From: a virus | Taxonomy: Duplodnaviria > Heunggongvirae > Uroviricota > Caudoviricetes | DNA: 64,000 nt | Direction: 5' to 3' (one strand) | IMG/VR virus record: IMGVR_UViG_3300042486_001111 | Shown here: in pieces, positions 57,001 to 64,000 of the stretch | Layout: each line of letters begins with the position of its first letter | Numbering within the stretch: position 1 is the stretch's first letter | The notes under the pieces: generated by a model | What the model was told of the DNA's origin: nothing | The model's input: the letters and a program-made list of their open reading frames with translations, nothing else | Databases searched by the model: none | Translations under genes and position numbers: made by a program

Positions 57001-60000
57001 GTATTAATATAATCATTATTATCTAAAGTAGATTTTTGAGTTGTTTCATCACCAATTACTAAATAATTTTTAGATAATGTGTTGATGTTCTCTTTTACTA
57101 CATTAATATCTTTTACTAAAGTATTTTCTACTTCTTTTTGGTTTTCAAATTTTGCAACAACTAATTGTTCTTCTAAATAATTATTTTGTTGACAATTATA
57201 TAATAAATTTGAGTAGACTGTTTTTTCAGAACTTAATCTAGCATTTTCAGTTTTAACACAATTATTATATAATTCTCTATCTCTTGTATTAATTGTTTTA
57301 GTATTACCATAAACTTGTGCTTTACAATAAGATTCAACGTCAAAGGTATTTATTTCATTAATCTTATCTTCATAAATTTTACAATCTAATGGTAATGTAG
57401 CATTAGATAATGCCTTATTAATTACCTCAATTTGACTATTTTTTTCTGTAATCTGAGAATCAATTAATGTCTCAGTAATTTTTAACTTATTATTTTCAGT
57501 AGTTAATATATCTACTTGAGTTTCTTTACTTGAGATTAATGTATTCTTTTGTTTTTCAGAATTTATAATTTCATTAGATAACACAGACTTAGTTGGTTGA
57601 TTTTCGGGTACCTCCTCTAAATTACAGTTAAATTCGTATTGTGATATTACCCCAATAATTCCTTCTATAGTATTCTTATAATCCATATATAGATTAGTCC
57701 AAAGTCCATATTCTAATGGTATTTCTAACATACAAATATTTGTAGTAGTTATATATTCATTAAAGTCTATAAAACATCCTGGTTGAACTATGTTTAAAGT
57801 GAAACAATCACCTATTGATATGTCTACCTCTTTTTTAATGTTATTTAAATCTGTACCATATGTAATCAATTCACTATAATCAAAATCAAATGAACCTAAT
57901 AACTCACTATTTGGTGTTGTAACTATTTCTTCATATGTATCAGAAATATTTTTAACCCAATTAGCATTAACTGAATACGAATCCTTCAATGATGCGATGT
58001 TTCCACCTACCGCATTACAACATTCAACAATTGGTTCGTTTTGTTGTGTGTTTTGCCATATAACATATTCTTCAGTTACATCCTCACTATCATTAAAGTT
58101 ATTTTCTAAAATAGAACTTTCTTCCGAACTGTTAGTAAAAGAAACAAAGTTCATACATAATAAACTATTTAATGAATTATCATGAATAATTGCTGGATAA
58201 CAATCTATTCTTGTTACACACTCTTTTAAATTTTCTGTCTGATATTTTACCATATAGTCAAAAGAAAAGTCTACTTTACAAGAACAATCTGTAACTTCAG
58301 GTAATTTAAATCCTGACCAAGCCTCACTCGCAAATACAATTGATACGTTATCTAAACTACCACACCCTATATGATTTGGATCAACAACCGCATTACTTAT
58401 TGAGTTAGGGTTTTCTACATATAGATTACCATTATCAACATACGGTATTAAATTATTTGTTGTTGTATCAATATAAAAAGAACCATATGTATACTGAGTA
58501 AACAGTTCTCCAACTGACTGATACAATTCTGCCAATTGTCCTGTTGCGTTCCAATCTAAAATGAAATCATTATAATATTCGATAGGAGTAAAACTTACTC
58601 TACCATATTCGTCTATTACGTGAACAACCCAATTTGCTGGATTCATAAAATCAGGATCTTCAAACAAAGAATTTAAAATAACTTCAAAACAATCAATACA
58701 ATCTTCACCAACACCTTTAACTATTATAGCCTCTTCTAAACAATCATCATATATTGTTGTCGAATAATATTGTGGTACTTCACCGATTGGGTTTTGTAAT
58801 TCTACATAACCAATAGATGTATCAAATAACGATGGTGGTATAACATACGTTGTTCCACCAGTTACAGTTGATAATTGATTACTATATGTCTCAATTTGTG
58901 TCTGTATTGTTGATTTTTCTATTTCAGTATTTAATGACTTATATGTTGTACCACCTATTGGTGTCTCTACAGTTTCTTTACCACTACCAGTCATACCTAT
59001 AGGGTTTACATTAGGAACTGTAACACCACCTAAACCAATAACTGGTGAAGAAGGTAACGCAGGTACTGACGTGTTAGTAGTATTACCAACTGTCCCATTT
59101 GTTCCTGAAGTAGATGAGGTACCATTTAGTTCCCCCTCTAATCCCCCAATGTAATTTTGAATATCGTTTGTATTCGATGTTGGTGTAGTTAATGAACTAC
59201 CTGAAATACATACAATATAACTTATATCATCTTCTTCAATAATTTGAAAATTGTATCCGTACCACGCACAACATTCAGGACTACTAATTATTGTTGTTAA
59301 TTCACAATCAACTTCAACAAACCACTTAAAGAAATTAGACGGTAGACTGTTTGGGTTCAATCCGTTTAAATAAGTCTGTGGTGGAATTGTAGAGGTGTTT
59401 GATGATGGGGATGTCGAAAACTGTGTTACACCATTAGGTGTTAACTGATAACATTTATTATTAAATGAATATATGTTATTTGGCATAGTATTATTAGTCA
59501 ATTCAAACACTATAATACCATTAGGTAAAGTATCAACTGGCTCACCAACACAAGGTGCAGTTTTAGAACAGTATTCAACTATTCTACATTCTTCATTAGT
59601 ATATGTAACATATTGTCCACCTTCAGAAATACAACAACTAGCAAATTCATTAAATGAAACCTTAGTACCACCAGAATTAACAAAGTATATATAAGGGTCA
59701 CAAGTCACCGCACTTAAGGATGAACAATCTATTTGGAAATTATCCTGTGGTATCTCATCAACACATATTTGTAATGTTTGATTAATGTCACAATTTTCAG
59801 AAGAAACTTCTAAAAGTGCATTGTTTTGTGCCACCATATAGTTATTTTGTATTACATACCATTCTGGTGAATACGCCAAATAACTATTTTGTTGTATTTG
59901 TTGTTGGAAATTTAAATATGCTTCTTCAGCCGCCTCAAATTGTTGTTGGAATGTTGTCTTACCATCATTCTGTAGTGGCGTTTCAATAATACTATAATTA

Positions 60001-62054
60001 ACGTTTACACAATCCTCTATGAATTGGTATGTATTAATTGCGGGATTAAATGTTAATTGTGTTGTAAAAAATTCACTCGTCCCTGAAGGTACGCTATTAA
60101 ATAATCCATGATTATAATTTAAAAAGTAATTTTCACCTAAAGTTGTTGCCGTAACAGTAACTGTGGGTTCTGAATTAAAGTTAGGGATAAAACACCTACT
60201 AAAATATTGTAGATATTCACTACCACCATCATATGCACCAACGTGTGGGTTGTTACCCTCTAAATTAGTTACTACATTAGAACCGTAAGTCTCCCTATAC
60301 CAACCTCCCGCTTTTTGGAAATACATTTCGGTATAATCATTCTCCACTAACTCACCCGTATTAGGATCAATAAAATTTGTAATTACTATATCACCATTTA
60401 TTGGTGGTAGTGGGTACCCATTTTCATCGTATGGGATATTTTGGAAGTTTACTTCTCCTGTATATATGTATAATAATCTTTTTATTTCCTCTACATCTAA
60501 AGGTTTGTCTAATATTACAATGTATTCATTGAAATTAACTAAGGATTCAGGTGCACCAATAAATCTGAATAAGAACTCAACTGCCTTCCTACTACCCTTA
60601 CTTTTCCACAACCAAGCAATGTTCAATATTAATCTTCTGTAAAGTTCAATATCAATCTCACTTTGAGTCATATTAGTTGATGTACCGCTAAACTCTCCAC
60701 CACCGTTACTAGGTAAAAATAATTTACTAAATGTATTATCCGTAACAAAAGTTATAGGGTCTAAACCTAACATATAAGCCAAATCTTTGACTAATACATC
60801 TGGTACGTTGTTTTTCTTATCGTATGTAACAACGTGTGCGAATTTTATACCATTAATATATTTTTTAATGAAATCAAATTCTACTCCATATATTCTTAAT
60901 AGTTTAGATGCTTTCTCACCATTTAATACATAATCATTACCATCCCCTCTAGGTATGGTATCAAAACTACTTATTGCTTCCGTAGTATATTTTCTTATAA
61001 TGATATCCGTTCTAGAATTATCTAAATCCTCACCCAATTGATTCATCTTATCTAAAAAGGCAATATAATAACTATCAAAAAAGTTTAGGTTATAACCGTC
61101 TTCTAATAAAGGGAAATTAAATATCTTTTTAGATGTGAGTAATACACCATTATCTGTATATTTCGTACTATAGAATTGTGATGTATATTTTGGATAAATA
61201 TTTCTATCTAATAAGTTTAATTGTAAGTCATTTAATCCCGTAAAGAATTTCTCAATCTCCGATTCGTTTGGTTTTATGAAATACGGTATTGACGAATCTA
61301 TTGGTGTCGTTAAGAATGATATTTGTGGTAAAATTAAACCAGTTAATTCTGGAAAAGGATTTCCCTCAACAACTAATTCTACCTCAGAGTTAGTTTTTTG
61401 TGTTGCAGGTGCGATACTTTTTATTTTTTTCGAAATACCGTTATGTTCAATTGTATATGAACCATATTTTAACGTAAAATTTCTTAAAGGATTTTCTGTT
61501 TGTTCTGTAGGTGTAAATTGTGCATCTACAGTATATTTTATATTGTATGGGTTAACAAAGAAATTACTATTTACCTTAAATGTTGATTCGTCCGCAGATA
61601 AATTATACACATAATTAGTAATATTATTACCTGTAACACTACCAACTTTATTATCCACATAAATTGCTGCAGGATAATTATTTTGTATGTCTATTAGGGA
61701 AGCCCTAATCAATTCTTTTGCAGAACCATACCAAACATAACTTAATGGATTTGTAATATCTAAATTAAGTTTTGTTTTTAAATTTTTTTGTATCTCTAAT
61801 TGAGGTGTGTCCGCATCTACAATATCGTCTAAGGTAAAAAATTTAGATTTTGTACCCTGAGTAAATAAAACATTTGGTTTGGGATCTAAATTTACTGATA
61901 TTGAAAAATTACCATTAGTAAATAACGTAGTCCCTCCCTCACTAGTAAGTTGGAACCCTACTAAGTCAGGACTAAAATTCCTATACTCAATGTTGTCATT
62001 GAAAAATATTCTTTTAGCGTATCCCGCAATTTTTATTCTCTTATTGTTAGCCAT
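54036..62054 (-). CDS. Very large (2672 aa) baseplate/tail protein
   Basis: LYRRLILN..LWKSKGSRKAVEF.F..IG segment typical of tail/baseplate wedge-type proteins; Cys-rich and coiled-coil regions. Confidence 0.6.
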   Translation of the reverse strand: MANNKRIKIAGYAKRIFFNDNIEYRNFSPDLVGFQLTSEGGTTLFTNGNFSISVNLDPKPNVLFTQGTKSKFFTLDDIVDADTPQLEIQKNLKTKLNLDITNPLSYVWYGSAKELIRASLIDIQNNYPAAIYVDNKVGSVTGNNITNYVYNLSADESTFKVNSNFFVNPYNIKYTVDAQFTPTEQTENPLRNFTLKYGSYTIEHNGISKKIKSIAPATQKTNSEVELVVEGNPFPELTGLILPQISFLTTPIDSSIPYFIKPNESEIEKFFTGLNDLQLNLLDRNIYPKYTSQFYSTKYTDNGVLLTSKKIFNFPLLEDGYNLNFFDSYYIAFLDKMNQLGEDLDNSRTDIIIRKYTTEAISSFDTIPRGDGNDYVLNGEKASKLLRIYGVEFDFIKKYINGIKFAHVVTYDKKNNVPDVLVKDLAYMLGLDPITFVTDNTFSKLFLPSNGGGEFSGTSTNMTQSEIDIELYRRLILNIAWLWKSKGSRKAVEFLFRFIGAPESLVNFNEYIVILDKPLDVEEIKRLLYIYTGEVNFQNIPYDENGYPLPPINGDIVITNFIDPNTGELVENDYTEMYFQKAGGWYRETYGSNVVTNLEGNNPHVGAYDGGSEYLQYFSRCFIPNFNSEPTVTVTATTLGENYFLNYNHGLFNSVPSGTSEFFTTQLTFNPAINTYQFIEDCVNVNYSIIETPLQNDGKTTFQQQFEAAEEAYLNFQQQIQQNSYLAYSPEWYVIQNNYMVAQNNALLEVSSENCDINQTLQICVDEIPQDNFQIDCSSLSAVTCDPYIYFVNSGGTKVSFNEFASCCISEGGQYVTYTNEECRIVEYCSKTAPCVGEPVDTLPNGIIVFELTNNTMPNNIYSFNNKCYQLTPNGVTQFSTSPSSNTSTIPPQTYLNGLNPNSLPSNFFKWFVEVDCELTTIISSPECCAWYGYNFQIIEEDDISYIVCISGSSLTTPTSNTNDIQNYIGGLEGELNGTSSTSGTNGTVGNTTNTSVPALPSSPVIGLGGVTVPNVNPIGMTGSGKETVETPIGGTTYKSLNTEIEKSTIQTQIETYSNQLSTVTGGTTYVIPPSLFDTSIGYVELQNPIGEVPQYYSTTIYDDCLEEAIIVKGVGEDCIDCFEVILNSLFEDPDFMNPANWVVHVIDEYGRVSFTPIEYYNDFILDWNATGQLAELYQSVGELFTQYTYGSFYIDTTTNNLIPYVDNGNLYVENPNSISNAVVDPNHIGCGSLDNVSIVFASEAWSGFKLPEVTDCSCKVDFSFDYMVKYQTENLKECVTRIDCYPAIIHDNSLNSLLCMNFVSFTNSSEESSILENNFNDSEDVTEEYVIWQNTQQNEPIVECCNAVGGNIASLKDSYSVNANWVKNISDTYEEIVTTPNSELLGSFDFDYSELITYGTDLNNIKKEVDISIGDCFTLNIVQPGCFIDFNEYITTTNICMLEIPLEYGLWTNLYMDYKNTIEGIIGVISQYEFNCNLEEVPENQPTKSVLSNEIINSEKQKNTLISSKETQVDILTTENNKLKITETLIDSQITEKNSQIEVINKALSNATLPLDCKIYEDKINEINTFDVESYCKAQVYGNTKTINTRDRELYNNCVKTENARLSSEKTVYSNLLYNCQQNNYLEEQLVVAKFENQKEVENTLVKDINVVKENINTLSKNYLVIGDETTQKSTLDNNDYINTINKTAIILGVTPKSITNAEGQIVLNDSQKVTLNIELQKNKTQVSALEKQKEDITYDIVQNDNSTLKTTITIDEIVDVIAEAQAEIPSPCDPTLPNPCCSQELFNYLNNTLETLQTKLIEIENITESVYDEWYSEILTQYNDYINSTESYLTLIDDLKLNFKLFVDNNNLVYTSQVDSNLTYLPYTQSVNPFWVFNPSVGYSGIILEGSEQDIALIEDSVFTELSNSNTPYNSNLFQPNWNTFNFTIPECVCDDLRRLYPEKEFFFSVEIENYNCSVCLLIDNIIINVSDCKTERLVSLNNCLIPQLSCVIDNKKSWVYTDQGIITETIYPDGPCNTASTSNYQVVKLGTPEERLWTDLEYRYTNYDVNHSDLIINVKNTTFSIDPAKAIECDVFNFWKNIDCSGSCPTNCTSASTVVYSGQVYSSTTLFDYSLDLSASTTGLTFSCSTFTNTLVNQVTELKNEYYALTSDYTNSLNASYYDLLNLGSSLSGFEIQNNNCGTDTLVINNNQQTDNLFGLITENYDGTLSVYETYIYSGSTPYTGGTLVEVLSGVTAQTFNQTTFVDENCCKTLNSILNGEGLDGLGLGKNYQWDSNNGYCVWKPIDGCSVCEGDCEYCGTLNECSNGYYTGNTYNICINPLDYLDVQPSEINVKDMFDQLVQSNLIDVKSRQTISDYPLLRLFYELYLNANNCGKELSGKFTYNTMFEFMDKIGDYWLNLLEQVVPATTIWEGCDNSGKVYRNTIFDQNKFQYKKYSLNFIETTTGCTLSAYTDFSIGSEDVYSLVEQIPIYPTNDVINNIKNQIKIKNIQIELVKDNIAAQNKILCSLNLQDLDTPNLQSQIDVVTAQIQLLTGNLTNLETQLSNLLTNLSNEETQYLLQQQNYYSNFMSCSGLTETLVQAENNLVNFIPGTTLYERQRNYISILRDKVNKCVRVSNTLISDYNKVFITQIYDTNEYEGNVTILGDPDWEEGGYFYNQELIHNCTTE

Positions 62055-62061
62055 TTACGTT

Positions 62062-62964
62062 TTAAAAATTAGTTATATCATCAAAATCTTTTGTTGGGTC
62101 GATAGTAAATTTCTGTTCCCTAACTTCATACAACGGTTTACCAGTAAACTGATCTTTAACTTCATATAAGTTATATTGTCTGTAAATCTGATTACCAAAA
62201 TTGTATATAGTATAAATACCATCTTCCAAAGATTTTGTTTGGTTAGAGAATAGTGCATATGCCAATGTTTCTTCATCGAATTCCACCATTTCTATTTCCA
62301 ACATAACTGGATTAAAAAACGTATTTGTTATAATTACATCCTGAAGAGGATTACCTATAAAAGGTATTGCGTTTGGTTTAACTGATGGTGCCGAAGAAGG
62401 GGATACAGTACAAAATACACTAGTCGAATTATCATTAAATGTGTATGCCTGTGACGCATTTGAATTACCTTGATTTTGTGAAATAGGTAATGCCCTATTA
62501 TTAGACGTTACAATCCTAAATAAATTTTGGATTTTATCTTGTCCAGTACCAGTCTGTTCTTTTATATATTCTATTCTATAACCAACAAGATTACCATTCT
62601 CAAATCTATTTTGTAATTCAAGTGGTATTTGATTGATATCGAAAACGATTCCTTTCACATCTTGATTATCCACCAAAACTGCACAATCTTGTATCGTAGT
62701 TCTAATTTGTTTAGGTCTTATTACAATACTATAAAATCCTTTAGAACCAAATACTGATGTAGGTAATTTTAATGTATATAATCCACCAAAAATTTCATTT
62801 ACATTGTTTGGGTTGTTTGCAGGAATCAATACCTCTGCAGGGTCTAACGATTGTAATTCTACTGTTGTTAATGATTCCCTATTGGGTGTGTAACTGTAAA
62901 ATATCTCAACGTCATCAATTGATACATCTGCTGGTCTTATAGTTCCGTAATTTCCTGTAGCCAT
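62062..62964 (-). CDS. Probable structural protein
   Basis: 300 aa in the structural operon, beta-rich composition. Confidence 0.55.
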   Translation of the reverse strand: MATGNYGTIRPADVSIDDVEIFYSYTPNRESLTTVELQSLDPAEVLIPANNPNNVNEIFGGLYTLKLPTSVFGSKGFYSIVIRPKQIRTTIQDCAVLVDNQDVKGIVFDINQIPLELQNRFENGNLVGYRIEYIKEQTGTGQDKIQNLFRIVTSNNRALPISQNQGNSNASQAYTFNDNSTSVFCTVSPSSAPSVKPNAIPFIGNPLQDVIITNTFFNPVMLEIEMVEFDEETLAYALFSNQTKSLEDGIYTIYNFGNQIYRQYNLYEVKDQFTGKPLYEVREQKFTIDPTKDFDDITNF

Positions 62965-62974
62965 AACTTTATTT

Positions 62975-63850
62975 TTATATTCTTATAAATCCACCTCTAT
63001 TTGTGTCGATGTCATTACTTGTTTTTATTTCTGATAATATTCCGTGTCTTTCAAATATATCTTCTATACCTCTATTTATAAATACTGCACTATCAACTTC
63101 TGGTTTAAAAACTACACCTAAATATTCTTCTTTTTTTAATGAAGCATTTAATGACGTATTATATTGATTCCACCCACCATTTTTAGAAACGAATTTAGTA
63201 GTATTATAACTTAAAGATTTACCATATTCATCAACAGTTTTGGTGAATTGGTTTTTAAATGTAGTAAACTCTACACCTGTACTCTGTACATTACTATTGT
63301 TTGATCCAATTTTATAAACTGTCTCAAAATTACTTTCATAAATTACACCATTAAAGTTATCTTTAGGGTTATTAGAAACATTTAAATTAGGTACATATAT
63401 ATCATTACCTTGTGAATCTTTTCTATAAGATTTAACTTGTTTTAATAATGAATCATCCGTATAACCACTAACCGTAACACTATTTGTATAATAAAAACTA
63501 ACAGGTGCACCAGCCAAACGACCATAAGTAAACGAGTTAAAATTATTAGGTTTGATTGTTAATTGACTACTTTTAGGGACAAATGGTTCATCAGTAAAAA
63601 TACCCATATCATCTATATCCTGTGTTAAAAATAAAGTCACATCTATAGTATTAACTATTTTCTGACCTAAAGGAGTTAATATAAAATTACCTTCAGAATC
63701 TATCTTATAATCAGGTATTTTACCATAATAATACTTAGGATTACTTTCATCTATGACAGTTTTACCTTCCGAATTTTTAATCAAAACACTTTTAGGTATA
63801 TTTCTTACCGTATGGTATTCTAAATTTATCTTTTTTCTAATGTATTCCAT
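62975..63850 (-). CDS. Probable structural protein
   Basis: 291 aa; TATTTAT motif just upstream. Confidence 0.55.
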   Translation of the reverse strand: MEYIRKKINLEYHTVRNIPKSVLIKNSEGKTVIDESNPKYYYGKIPDYKIDSEGNFILTPLGQKIVNTIDVTLFLTQDIDDMGIFTDEPFVPKSSQLTIKPNNFNSFTYGRLAGAPVSFYYTNSVTVSGYTDDSLLKQVKSYRKDSQGNDIYVPNLNVSNNPKDNFNGVIYESNFETVYKIGSNNSNVQSTGVEFTTFKNQFTKTVDEYGKSLSYNTTKFVSKNGGWNQYNTSLNASLKKEEYLGVVFKPEVDSAVFINRGIEDIFERHGILSEIKTSNDIDTNRGGFIRI

Positions 63851-63867
63851 AACTATTTATAAATATA

Positions 63868-64000
63868 TTAAAGTATAGTTTGCCAAAATGTTAGTGTAGG
63901 TATACCGTTACTTGATGGATTTAAATTAACTCCTGGTGGTATTAATTGTTGTCTATAGTTTGGTGTGAATTTATATTTATAAATACCATTATCATTTTTT
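63868..64000 (-). CDS. 3' end of a gene entering from beyond the window
   Basis: Open frame ...KNDNGIYKYKFTPNYRQQLIPPGVNLNPSSNGIPTLTFWQTIL*. Confidence 0.6.
   Translation of the reverse strand, partial: KNDNGIYKYKFTPNYRQQLIPPGVNLNPSSNGIPTLTFWQTIL

Noticed and set aside
21653-61614. Many plus-strand ORFs antisense to long minus-strand genes (for example 21653-22192, 33597-34049, 37015-37566, 40558-41172, 61276-61614)
   Set aside because: They are shadow frames, rich in S/F/L/I as expected from the reverse complement of K/E-rich genes, with no motifs or promoters.
1-64000. CRISPR array or transposon
   Set aside because: No regularly spaced direct repeats, transposase or terminal inverted repeats seen. 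The short duplications at about 25905, 27240 and 37120 are in-frame coding repeats.

Overview
Segment of a large, AT-rich, standard-code dsDNA tailed phage (jumbo-type myovirus-like) genome, almost all coded on the minus strand. About a dozen promoters match the Bacteroidota housekeeping consensus (TTTG-N19-22-TAnnTTTG), which points to a Bacteroidota host. Left third: small accessory genes (FkbM methyltransferase, ArfA-like peptide, HAD and metallophosphoesterase), two tRNA operons (8 + 12 tRNAs), a tmRNA, a small cloverleaf RNA, an HNH nuclease, two DNA methyltransferases, DnaJ, and a TROVE/vWA-type protein followed by two structured ncRNAs. Middle: peptidoglycan hydrolases, probable virion-internal proteins, a sigma70 factor, SbcC/SbcD-like recombination genes, primase and a RuvC-like resolvase. 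Right: large baseplate/tail structural genes. Main finding: each tRNA operon is preceded by the same promoter, a 32-codon leader ORF, and mutually exclusive antiterminator/terminator hairpins. The codons in each leader match the tRNAs encoded downstream of it, which suggests ribosome-stalling attenuators that switch on phage tRNA supply when the matching host tRNAs run short. All family names were assigned by recognising motifs by eye; no database search was run.
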